Assembly (NCBI GenBank): GCA_963711835.1
Contig: CAVQFQ010000004.1
Location: forward strand, 256,001 to 320,000
Length of the DNA stretch: 64,000 bases
DNA from: an uncultured delta proteobacterium
GTDB taxonomy: Bacteria; Desulfobacterota; RBG-13-43-22
Reading direction: 5' to 3'
In this document: positions 39,762 to 49,108 of the stretch, in pieces
Layout: each line of letters starts with the position of its first letter
Numbering within the stretch: position 1 is the first letter of the stretch
The notes under the pieces: generated by a model
Told to the model about the DNA's origin: nothing
The model's input: only the letters and a program-made list of their open reading frames with translations
The model's database searches: none
Made by a program: the position numbers and the translations under genes

Positions 39762-40889
39762 ATGGACTTCAGTCTGCCGGAAGAAATACTGAAATACAAA
39801 TTAGAGGCCAAGGAATGGGTTGAAAGAGTCTTAGACCCTTTATCGGTACCTTTGGAAGAAGAGGAGCGGATCCCACCGGAACTGGTCGAGGCCCTGAGAA
39901 AAGGACGTTTTTTTGGTCTAACCATCCCCAAGGAATACGGAGGCCAGGGTTGGAAGGCTGTGGAATGGTTTACCGTCCTGGAGGAGCTGTCCAAGGCCTA
40001 TGCCACGGTACGCTTGATCGCCCATACCATGAACGGGCTCTTTTGGAGGCCCTTGCTTTATTTCGGGACGGAAGAGCAACGGAAAAAATATCTTTCCAAA
40101 TTAGCCAGCGGAGAGATCTGGGCCGCCAACAGCCTGACCGAACCGGAGGCCGGGACAGGAAAGGATATTAATTCAAAGGCCGTTCAGGACGGCAGTGATT
40201 ATATCTTAAACGGCCAAAAATGGCTGATTACCTTATTCCCAGACTACACCAAGCTGATTTACGCCTTTGCCGCTACCGAAGAAGGGGTTACCTCCTTTCT
40301 GGTGGATGTCCCCACGGAAGGATTGATTCTTAAACCCATGGCGAAAATGATGGGCTGTGTAGGGCCGCGCCATTTCAAGGTCATCTATCAGAACTGCCGG
40401 GTTCCGGCCACCAACGTCCTGGGCCAAAAAGGGAAAGGATTGGATGTGGCTTTTGGCATGCTCCATTTAAGCCGGGTTTCCATCGCCTTTTGCTGTGTCG
40501 GCTTGGCTCAACGGATGCTGGATCTGGCCGTTGATTACGCCAGGAAAAGAACCACCTTTGGAAAGCTGATTGCCCAGCGTCAGGCTATCCAAAACAACCT
40601 GGCCCAGATGGCCACTGAAATACAGGCTGCCCGTCTCCTGGCCTACGAAGCAGCCTGGAAATTCGACCAAGGTCAGGATATCGTCAAAGAAGCGGCCATG
40701 TCCAAGTTGTTTGCCGAGCAGGTCGTTACCCGGGTTTCCGAGATGGCCTTGCGGATCCACGGCGGGATCGGATATACCAAGGCCTATCCCATGGAACGCC
40801 ATTTTCGGGATGTGCGCTCCTTTCACTTCGAAGAAGGCACCGAGGAAATCCAAAAACTTTTGATTTCCCGGTTTATCTTGAGGTCGTGA
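39762..40889 (+). CDS. Acyl-CoA dehydrogenase
   Basis: IPKEYGG, LTEPEAG, LNGQKWLIT, IHGGIGY, EEGTEEIQ. Confidence 0.92.
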   Translation: MDFSLPEEILKYKLEAKEWVERVLDPLSVPLEEEERIPPELVEALRKGRFFGLTIPKEYGGQGWKAVEWFTVLEELSKAYATVRLIAHTMNGLFWRPLLYFGTEEQRKKYLSKLASGEIWAANSLTEPEAGTGKDINSKAVQDGSDYILNGQKWLITLFPDYTKLIYAFAATEEGVTSFLVDVPTEGLILKPMAKMMGCVGPRHFKVIYQNCRVPATNVLGQKGKGLDVAFGMLHLSRVSIAFCCVGLAQRMLDLAVDYARKRTTFGKLIAQRQAIQNNLAQMATEIQAARLLAYEAAWKFDQGQDIVKEAAMSKLFAEQVVTRVSEMALRIHGGIGYTKAYPMERHFRDVRSFHFEEGTEEIQKLLISRFILRS

Positions 40890-40964
40890 GGCAGGGGGCC
40901 GGACGATTTTTTTTGGTCCGGCCAAAATGGTAGAGGACTTTAACCAGATGAAAGGGAGGGCTTT

Positions 40965-42257
40965 ATGAGTCAAAACACATTTTGGTCAACCAAGGTTACA
41001 CGGAGAGATTTTCTAAAAACCACCGCCGCCGCCTCGCTGGTCGTTGGCGGATCATCGCTGTTGCCCCGACTCGCCCGGGCCGAGGCCAGGGACCACATTT
41101 TGATCGGCCATCCCACCCCGGCCACCGGGCCTATTGCAGCCTTCGGGGAAACTTCCGCCTGGGCCGACAAAAAACTGGTGGAAGAAATCAACAAGGGGGG
41201 GGGCATCTTTATCAAGGAGCTGAACAAAAAATTGCCGATCCGGGTTAAACCCATGGATACGGAAAGCAATCCGACCAAAGCGGCCGAGGTGGCTTCCAAA
41301 CTGATCCTCCAGGACAAAGTCGATTTGATGATCGTCCTCCATACACCCGATACGGTCAATCCGGTGGGGGCCATCTGTGAGCGCTACGAAGTCCCCTGCA
41401 TTTCCTCCGTAGCGCCCATTGAACCCTGGTTAACCGGTGGGCCCTACAAGTGGACCTTTCATTATTTCTGGTCCTTAGGACAAATCATTGATGTCTTTAG
41501 CGGGATGTGGAACGAAAATGCCGCCAAGACCAATAAGGTGGTGGGAGGGCTCTGGCCCAACGACCCTGACGGAACCGTCTGGGCCCAGGAGTTTACCAAA
41601 AAACTGCAAGGCGCGGGGTACAAGGTCATTGATGTGGGGCGCTTTCCCTACGGGATGCAAGATTTCAGCGGTTTTATCAGCACCTGGAAAAAGGAAAAAG
41701 TGGAAATTTTGACCGGCGTGCCGATTCCCCCGGACTGGGCCACTGCCTGGCGGCAATGCCATCAGCAGGGTTTTATCCCTAAAATGGCCACCATCGGCAA
41801 GGCCTGTTTGTTCCCGGCAGCCGTTGAGGCCATTGGCGGCACCCTCCCCCGTGGCCTGACCACCGAAGTCTGGTGGACCCCCGGGCATCCTTTTAAATCC
41901 TCATTAACCGGGCGCACCTGCAAAGCTCTGGCGGATGAATGGACCAAAGAGACCAAGCGGCAGTGGACCCAACCCTTGGGATTTGACTATGCCGCCTTTG
42001 AAATCGCTGCCGACGTCCTGAAAAGAGCCGGATCCCTGGATAAAAACAAAATCCGTGAGGCCCTGGTAAATACCAAATTGGATACGGTCGTCGGTCCCAT
42101 CAAGTTTAATGAAAAGAATTTTTCCACGACACCGCTGGTCGGAGGACAATGGATCAAAGGGTCCAAGTGGCCTTGGGAAATGCAGGTGGTCTACAATAAG
42201 GAATACCCGAAGATCCCGGCCACTGGAAAACTGCTCTTCCCAATCACCAAAACATAA
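40965..42257 (+). CDS. Tat-exported ABC substrate-binding protein (Liv/aromatic-acid type)
   Basis: TRRDFLK Tat motif, TGPIAAFG, DTESNP; precedes livGFHM. Confidence 0.88.
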   Translation: MSQNTFWSTKVTRRDFLKTTAAASLVVGGSSLLPRLARAEARDHILIGHPTPATGPIAAFGETSAWADKKLVEEINKGGGIFIKELNKKLPIRVKPMDTESNPTKAAEVASKLILQDKVDLMIVLHTPDTVNPVGAICERYEVPCISSVAPIEPWLTGGPYKWTFHYFWSLGQIIDVFSGMWNENAAKTNKVVGGLWPNDPDGTVWAQEFTKKLQGAGYKVIDVGRFPYGMQDFSGFISTWKKEKVEILTGVPIPPDWATAWRQCHQQGFIPKMATIGKACLFPAAVEAIGGTLPRGLTTEVWWTPGHPFKSSLTGRTCKALADEWTKETKRQWTQPLGFDYAAFEIAADVLKRAGSLDKNKIREALVNTKLDTVVGPIKFNEKNFSTTPLVGGQWIKGSKWPWEMQVVYNKEYPKIPATGKLLFPITKT

Positions 42258-42359
42258 TCCGGAGAAGGCCGGTATACCCTGAACCCCAAGGCCTTCTGAA
42301 TCATCCGGGAGGGGCCGAAACCCCTCCCGGTTTAATAGCCCCAGGAATATCCAAAAAAA

Positions 42360-42549
42360 GGGATAGTCCCAAAGTTACGTGATTCTCAAACCGAAGGGGG
42401 TAGCGCCTTAAAATATAAAATCGCCCCAAAGGGCTTCAGGGGTCTTGATTTCAAGGATTGTCCGCCAAAACGCCGGCAGCCTGAACCCGGGCAGGAAATT
42501 TATAATATGAATGGTTAGCTTAATAATCACTTAACTTTGGGACAAACTC
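42360..42549. mobile_element. MITE family 1, copy 3 (internally deleted)
   Basis: Both TIRs present; flanks CAAAAAAA/CAACAAAA (7/8 match). Confidence 0.85.
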
Positions 42550-42598
42550 CAACAAAAAGGTTAGCTGGAACTGATACGGGATCCCCATTCGTCGGCCG

Positions 42599-43345
42599 AT
42601 GACTGAAAACTCTCAAATCCTCATTGTTGAGGAACTTTTTAAATCCTTCGGCAAACTGATGCCGATCTGTGACCTCAGCTTTGAAGTGCAACCCCGGGAG
42701 ATCCTCGGCATAATCGGCCCGAATGGAGCCGGCAAGACCACCCTCTTTAATTTGATCTCCGGCCGATTTAAACCGGATAAGGGTCGGATCATATTTAACG
42801 GGCAGGATATTACTTCCGCCTCAGGATACAAGCGTTGTCGGATAGGCATCGCCCGCACTTTCCAGGTACCCCGGCCTTTTGTCAATATGACCGTTTGGGA
42901 AAATCTTTTAGTCGGAGCTTTCTACGGATCCGGGCTAAAAAAGCAGCAACAGCGGGAACGGTGTGAAGCGGTTCTCGGGCAAACGGGCCTGATTTCAAAA
43001 CGCCATATCCTCACCGACACCCTGCCTCTGCTCGACCGAAAAAGATTGGAATTGGCCAAGGCCCTGGCTACCCAGCCGAAGGTATTATTAGTCGATGAGG
43101 TCGCCGGGGGGTTGACCGAAGCGGAAGTGGAAGAGGTGCTGCGGATCATCCACCAGATCCGGGAGGCCGGGGTGGCGGTCCTGTGGGTCGAACACATCAT
43201 GATGGCCATGCAGAAGGGCCCCGACCGGCTCCTGGTCATCAATTTTGGGGAAAAGTTATTTTGCGGACCCCCCCGGGAAGCCTTTGAGAATAAAGATGTC
43301 CAGGAAATCTATTTAGGCACCGAGGACCATGGAACCCCTGCTTGA
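42599..43345 (+). CDS. livG: ABC ATPase (LivG-like)
   Basis: GPNGAGKTT, IARTFQ, VDE, VEH. Confidence 0.88.
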   Translation: MTENSQILIVEELFKSFGKLMPICDLSFEVQPREILGIIGPNGAGKTTLFNLISGRFKPDKGRIIFNGQDITSASGYKRCRIGIARTFQVPRPFVNMTVWENLLVGAFYGSGLKKQQQRERCEAVLGQTGLISKRHILTDTLPLLDRKRLELAKALATQPKVLLVDEVAGGLTEAEVEEVLRIIHQIREAGVAVLWVEHIMMAMQKGPDRLLVINFGEKLFCGPPREAFENKDVQEIYLGTEDHGTPA

Positions 43346-44045
43346 AATCAAGGACCTGGATGTCTATTACGGTGAATTCAAAGTCCTGACCTCCATTTCC
43401 CTGCGTGTGGAAGAAGGGCAGATCGTTTCGATCCTGGGCGCCAATAACGCCGGAAAGTCCACATTGCTCAAGACCATTGCCGGCCTGTTAAAGAATAAAT
43501 CCGGCAGCATCCATTTTATGGGGCGACCGATCCATCGGCAGGAACCTTATGTCATTTTAGATCTTGGTTTGGCCCTGGTTCCTGAAGGGCGCAAGATATT
43601 TGCCAGCCTGACCGTGGAGGAGAACCTCCTCATGGGCTCCTTCACCCCCAGGGCCAGAAAAAAGAAGAACGAAGGGCTGGAGAACATTTACACCCTTTTC
43701 CCCAGATTGCAGGAACGAAGGCGGCAACTGGGAACCAACTTGAGCGGGGGAGAACAACAGATGCTGGCTATCGGACGGGCGCTGATGTCCCGGCCGCGTC
43801 TGGTAATTTTTGACGAGATTTCCCTGGGGCTGAGTCCGATCGTCGTCCAGGTCCTCTACCAGGCGGTGCGGCAGATCAACCAGGAAGGCATGACGGTGGT
43901 GCTGGTCGAGCAGGACGTAAAAAGAAGCCTGAAAGTGGCCCAATACAGCACTATCCTCCAGGAAGGGAAAATCACCCTTCAGGGTCATCCCTGGGATTTC
44001 TCGGAGGGGGATGTTAAAAGGGCCTATTTTGGATTAAAAACCTAA
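43329..44045 (+). CDS. livF: ABC ATPase (LivF-like)
   Basis: GANNAGKST, VPEGR, LSGGEQQMLAIGRAL. Confidence 0.88.
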   Translation: MEPLLEIKDLDVYYGEFKVLTSISLRVEEGQIVSILGANNAGKSTLLKTIAGLLKNKSGSIHFMGRPIHRQEPYVILDLGLALVPEGRKIFASLTVEENLLMGSFTPRARKKKNEGLENIYTLFPRLQERRRQLGTNLSGGEQQMLAIGRALMSRPRLVIFDEISLGLSPIVVQVLYQAVRQINQEGMTVVLVEQDVKRSLKVAQYSTILQEGKITLQGHPWDFSEGDVKRAYFGLKT

Positions 44046-44086
44046 TCATCAAACCCAAGTGCTCAGCCCATGGACCTTTTTTCCTT

Positions 44087-44950
44087 ATGATGGCCTATCT
44101 TGAACCTATCATCAACGGATTTCTCCTCGGCGGCCTCTACGCCGTCATAGGCATCGGCCTGTCCTTGATCTTCGGCATTATGCGTCAGGTCAATCTGGCC
44201 CACGGAGAACTGATGATTCTTTCCAGTTATTTCAGTCTGCTGGCCCTCACCCGGTTAGCCGGTTCCCCGCTCTGGACGCTCCTTTTGGTCCTGCCGGCCA
44301 TGTTTTTTTTCGGCTATTTCCTGCAAAGGATCCTGTTTAACCGGGTACTTCAAAAGGGCATGGAACCTTTCCTGATGATCTCTTTCGGGCTTTCCATTAT
44401 CCTTCAAAATGCCTTGTTGCTGATCTTCAGTCCCGACGCCCGGACCCTGGCCACCGATCTGGTTTTTAAAAGCATCAACGTCTATGAACACTTTTTCATT
44501 CCCGTGATTTACCTGGTCGATTTTGGATTGGCTTTTTTAATTTTGATCGGACTCCATTTGTTTCTGAAGCACACCTATCTGGGCTGGGCCATTCGGTCCT
44601 CGGCGGACGACCTTACCGCGGCTAAGTTGATGGGCGTAAACCCCCAAAAGATTTACGCCCTGGCCATGGGGATTGCAGCCGTCACCGCCGCAACCTCGGG
44701 CGTCCTGGTGGGGATGACCTTCACTTTTTATCCCCACTCCGGCACCCAGTACCTGATTATCGCCTTCGCCGTGGTCATAATCGGCGGCTTGGGCAGCTTG
44801 CCGGGGACCTTTCTGGGGGGAATCATCCTGGGGATCTCTCAGTTGTTGGGCGGCCGCCTCTTGGGTCCCGGACTTCAGCTCTTGAGCGGCTATTTTATTT
44901 TGCTGATCGTGCTGACCATTCGACCCCAGGGAATCCTGGGCAAACGGTAG
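44087..44950 (+). CDS. livH: ABC permease (LivH-like)
   Basis: GLSLIFG...VNLAHGE, GGLGSLPG, RPQGILG. Confidence 0.88.
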   Translation: MMAYLEPIINGFLLGGLYAVIGIGLSLIFGIMRQVNLAHGELMILSSYFSLLALTRLAGSPLWTLLLVLPAMFFFGYFLQRILFNRVLQKGMEPFLMISFGLSIILQNALLLIFSPDARTLATDLVFKSINVYEHFFIPVIYLVDFGLAFLILIGLHLFLKHTYLGWAIRSSADDLTAAKLMGVNPQKIYALAMGIAAVTAATSGVLVGMTFTFYPHSGTQYLIIAFAVVIIGGLGSLPGTFLGGIILGISQLLGGRLLGPGLQLLSGYFILLIVLTIRPQGILGKR

Positions 44951-44956
44951 GTCTCC

Positions 44957-45895
44957 ATGGGCTCCTTCAATCTTCGACCGATAGCGGCCATTCTGATCTT
45001 GGGCCTGCTTGTTTCCCTGCCCTTCTGGACCTCCCGATATGTGGTGAATGTCTTGTTACTGATCTGCGTCCACGCGGCTTTGGCCTCCATGTGGAATCTT
45101 CTGGCCGGTTATTCGGGGATGATTTCCCTGGGGCAACAAATGTTTATCGGGTTGGGGGGTTATACCCTGGCCGTCTTATCCGTTTATTACCAGGTGCCTA
45201 TTTTTCTGAGCGTCTTTATCGGCGGCCTAACGTCTCTCCTCCTGGCCCTGACCATTTCCCGGCCGATTTTTCGCATGAAAGGGGTTTATTTTGCCATCGG
45301 CACCTGGGTGATTGCCGAGGCCCTCGGCATTTGCTTCAGCAATTGGGGTTACGTCCGCTATGGGATGGGGATGTTTATTCAACCGGCCTATAAGCTCTCC
45401 ATGTCCGTTATCTATTATGCCGCACTGATCCTGGGAGCCGGCTCCGTAGCCCTGATCCATTGGCTGCTCCGCTCAAAATTGGGGCTGGGCCTCATGGCTA
45501 TCCGTGACGATGATATCGCCTCCGAGGCCTTGGGGGTGAATATCTTTCGCTGTAAACTGACCTGCTTCCTGATCAGTGCCTTCTTTACCGGCATGACCGC
45601 CGGGGTGCTCTACCTGAATACCATCTTCATCCAGCCCTTTGAAGCCTTTGGGATCGGCTGGACGGTCAAGCTGCTCTTCATGGTCATCATCGGCGGCATC
45701 GGGACCATCGAAGGCCCAATTTTAGGGGCCATCCTGTTCGTCCTGCTGCAGCAGTATCTTTCCGAATACGTGGGTTATAATATGATCATTCTCGGAACCA
45801 TCACCATCGCCGTCATCCTGGTCGCCCCTAAAGGCATTATGGGCACCCTTCAGGAGAAACTCGGCTGGACTTTATTCAGAGTCCGCCGCCTATAA
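44957..45895 (+). CDS. livM: ABC permease (LivM-like)
   Basis: WNLLAGYSG.ISLGQ, GVYFAIGT, GGIGTIEGP. Confidence 0.88.
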   Translation: MGSFNLRPIAAILILGLLVSLPFWTSRYVVNVLLLICVHAALASMWNLLAGYSGMISLGQQMFIGLGGYTLAVLSVYYQVPIFLSVFIGGLTSLLLALTISRPIFRMKGVYFAIGTWVIAEALGICFSNWGYVRYGMGMFIQPAYKLSMSVIYYAALILGAGSVALIHWLLRSKLGLGLMAIRDDDIASEALGVNIFRCKLTCFLISAFFTGMTAGVLYLNTIFIQPFEAFGIGWTVKLLFMVIIGGIGTIEGPILGAILFVLLQQYLSEYVGYNMIILGTITIAVILVAPKGIMGTLQEKLGWTLFRVRRL

Positions 45896-45949
45896 AAATT
45901 TTCAAGCTCTCTGAAATAATGAGTTAAACCTTTAGAGGAGGCAAAAAAC

Positions 45950-47647
45950 ATGTTGGACAGGAGCATTTCTTCCTTACGGACCTTAAGGCCCGAAACGGAT
46001 TTTGACAAATCCATTTTCTGGTTTCGAGATGATCTTCATCAACCTTATGCCATTTCACCCATGGGTATGACCACCGTCCAGGTTCATCATGCCTGGGGCT
46101 ATCATGTAGCCGCCGCCCAAACCCAACTGCCTCCCTCCAAAGGAGGCCACGTCAAGATATACAAGGGCAAGGTCTATCTGGGATTTGCCCTGATAGAGGA
46201 CCCTGAGGAAATCGCCTCGCGTGCCCCCGCTTTCGAGAAACTGATCGATCACTGCATCGATCACTGGGATGCCTATTACCAGCGCCACATCAAAGAGGTG
46301 ATTTCCAACCTGGATACCCTTAATGGGGTGGACACGGACAAATTAATCCTCCCCCATCTCCTGGAACATCTGAAAAGAGCCGAAAAATTGAATCGTCGGA
46401 ATTGGGAAATTCATTTTATCCTGATGTACCCGGCTGATGCCGTCTATTTTGCCTTTGAAGATTTCTGCAAACAGCATCATCTGGAAGAAAAAGATTTTGT
46501 CATCATGCTGCGCGGCTTTGAAAGTATCGCCACCCAGACCGACGAGGAATTGTGGCAGTTAGCCCTATTCGCCGAAGAGTGCGGTCTGAAGGATCTGCTG
46601 ATCACCACCCCGGCCGATGATATCCTGGAAAAGTTGAACAAAAGCCTCGAGGCCAAACCCTGGCTGGAAAAATTCCAGCGCTTCCTTTCCATTTTCGGTA
46701 ATCGGGTGGTGGCCGCTCATCTGGATATCACCACCCCCACCTGGAAAGAAGACCCCGCTCCGGTCCTGGACACCATCAAAGGCTATTATCCAAGGATGGA
46801 AACAGGCTGGGATTTTTATCAATCCAAGAAGGGAATCCATGAGCAGCGGGAAAAGACCATTCAACAATTTGAGGGCCGGCTTACTACCGAGGAGGAAAAG
46901 AAGCAGTTTAAGCGGTTACTCAAGGCGGCCCAGGGGGTTTATGCCTTTCAGGAGGACCATGGTTTTTACATTGACCAGGGCTCAACGGCGGCCCTCCATA
47001 ACGCCGTCATGGCCTGTGGAAAACGCCTCTACCGACGAAAACTGATTGAAGGCATTGAGGACGTGTGTTTCCTGACCTTTCATGATTTGCTCGAGGTCAT
47101 GGAAGCCCTGGTTTATAATGATGAAATCGCCAGATACCATTACAGCGCCCTGATACCCAACCTGGTGCGGGAAAGAAAGGAAGACGCCCGCATGGCTGCC
47201 GAGTCTGATGCCCCTTTGACCTTCGGCAATGTCCCTGAAAAGATGACCGACCCGATTGGGATCAAGGTTTTCGGGATCATTGATGATATCCTTCATCCTA
47301 AAGGAGAACGGGAAATTGAGGAGCGGCTGGAGGGATTTCCGGGGGCCCCGGGAACTGCCGAAGGCCTGGCCCGGGTGGTCCTGGACTACAAGGATTTCCA
47401 AACGGTGAAAGCCGGGGAGATCCTGGTCTGCCCTTATACCGGCACGGCCTGGACTCCCCTGTTTATTAAAATCGCCGGTGTGGTGACCGATACCGGGGGC
47501 ATGCTGACCCATGCCGCCATCGCCGCCCGGGAATACAACATCCCGGCCGTTGTCGGGACCTGGAATGCCACCCGGTCCATCCGGGACGGGGATCTGATCA
47601 AAATCGACGGCAACATCGGAATCGTCGAGGTCATCAAAAGGGCTTAG
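45950..47647 (+). CDS. PEP-utilising phospho-His domain protein with a large N-terminal substrate domain (phenylphosphate synthase subunit A-like)
   Basis: C-terminal GEILVC..T...WTPLF...VTDTGGMLTHAAIAAREY.IPAVVG; no ATP-grasp domain. Confidence 0.85.
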   Translation: MLDRSISSLRTLRPETDFDKSIFWFRDDLHQPYAISPMGMTTVQVHHAWGYHVAAAQTQLPPSKGGHVKIYKGKVYLGFALIEDPEEIASRAPAFEKLIDHCIDHWDAYYQRHIKEVISNLDTLNGVDTDKLILPHLLEHLKRAEKLNRRNWEIHFILMYPADAVYFAFEDFCKQHHLEEKDFVIMLRGFESIATQTDEELWQLALFAEECGLKDLLITTPADDILEKLNKSLEAKPWLEKFQRFLSIFGNRVVAAHLDITTPTWKEDPAPVLDTIKGYYPRMETGWDFYQSKKGIHEQREKTIQQFEGRLTTEEEKKQFKRLLKAAQGVYAFQEDHGFYIDQGSTAALHNAVMACGKRLYRRKLIEGIEDVCFLTFHDLLEVMEALVYNDEIARYHYSALIPNLVRERKEDARMAAESDAPLTFGNVPEKMTDPIGIKVFGIIDDILHPKGEREIEERLEGFPGAPGTAEGLARVVLDYKDFQTVKAGEILVCPYTGTAWTPLFIKIAGVVTDTGGMLTHAAIAAREYNIPAVVGTWNATRSIRDGDLIKIDGNIGIVEVIKRA

Positions 47648-47686
47648 GCCTCATAAGGGCGCCTTTCAATTCCTATCCGGGCTTAT

Positions 47687-47977
47687 TAAGGGTCTCAAGA
47701 TAATAATAACCAACAGGGACCGGGGGGTCTTCTTTTCTGGGGTTGTCCAAAGGGTAACTCATCGCCCTATCCCGGCCCGAACGGCTAAAGGGGTTAGATG
47801 CAGGGCATTCACTCAAGTCCGTTTCGGGCATTAGTGGTGGCCTGTCTCTGAATCGATCCAATTTGGCCCGGCAACGAAGCTTTAGGCTTGAAGGTGGACA
47901 ACCCAGAAAAGAAGACCCCCCGGTCCCATTTAATGCAAACTCCTCAGTTTCATGTCAAGACTATTATGAGACCCTTA
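47687..47977. mobile_element. Shell-3 element with the hairpin core in reverse orientation (47716-47927)
   Basis: Outer 11-bp IR TAAGGGTCTCA/TGAGACCCTTA; inner ~33-bp IR; interior homologous to 15888-16102. Confidence 0.75.
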
Positions 47978-48009
47978 GTTGACAACACCTGAAAGGATAG
48001 AACCACATT

Positions 48010-48535
48010 ATGTCCTCCTATGAATTTGAAGGTAAAAGGCCTCGGGTTGATACCGGGGCCTTCGTCCACCCCGAGGCGGTGCTGATCGGTGAGGTCATCA
48101 TCGAGGCCGGATGTTATATTGGAGCCGGGGCCGTCCTGCGGGGGGATTTTGGCTCCATTCACATCGGATCCGGTTCGAATATCCAGGAAAATTGCGTCCT
48201 CCATACCTTTCCCGGCAAAGGCCTCTTGCTCCATGGCAACACCCATATCGGCCACGGTTGTATTCTCCATGGCTGTGAGATCGAATCCCAGGTTTTAATC
48301 GGCATGGGGGCCATCATTGCGGATGGTGTCGTCATCCACGACTATTGTATCATTGGGGCGGGAAGCTTCGTCCCTTTTAACCTGGAAATTCCCAGCGGAA
48401 GTCTGGTAGTCGGTTCCCCGGCTAAGGTCCTCAAGACCATCACCCCCGAGCAGAGAGAACAGATTGTCAGAGGACTGGGCCTTTACCAAGGAATTAACAA
48501 CCCGTTATTTAAAATCCTTTAACAAAATCAGGTGA
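48010..48535 (+). CDS. Gamma-carbonic anhydrase family (PaaY/CaiE-like) protein; probable 1-nt frameshift near 48490
   Basis: Hexapeptide repeats, LRGDFG.I, NIQENCVLH, IGH..ILHGC; the shifted frame gives ELTTRYLKSFNKIR*. Confidence 0.85.
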
Positions 48536-48598
48536 TCCGCAGGAAGTCTAACAAATGACCTTTTCGTCATTATAAGGCTCCGTCTCTCCTTTCTTTTT

Positions 48599-48933
48599 GG
48601 GGTAGTCCCAAGGTTACGTGATTCTCAAACCGAAGGGGTAGTCTCTTAAAATCTTAAATCACCCCAAAGGGCTTCAGGGGTTTTGATTTCAAGGATTGTC
48701 CGCCAAAACGTCGGTAGCCTCAACCCGGGCAGGAAGTTTATAAGTGGGTTTAGAAACAGGCCAACACCAAAGCAATTTATCGCCTTGGTGAATGCCCGGC
48801 TTCCAAACCAGCTTAGAAACTTCGGGCCGGGTTGGGGCTATGGATTCGCTTTGGCGGACAACCTTGAAATCAAGACCCCTGAAGCCCTCGACGAATGGAT
48901 GGCTTAAAAATCACGTAACCTTGGGACAAACTC
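48599..48933. mobile_element. MITE family 1, copy 4 (complete)
   Basis: Both TIRs; 8-bp direct repeat TTCTTTTT on both sides; core 48668-48888. Confidence 0.88.
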
Positions 48934-49108
48934 TTCTTTTTCCTTCACCGCCTGGGAACGGCCCTTTATTCATTCCACCCATTAGTGAAAAATTTTACTT
49001 GACAAAACTTGCCGAATTATGGTTACTTTATAATTATAAAGTAGTTAATATGTGATTACAAGCAGCCTAAGCTTCCAATCATAATTTTCTAAAACTGGGG
49101 GGTTTTTC

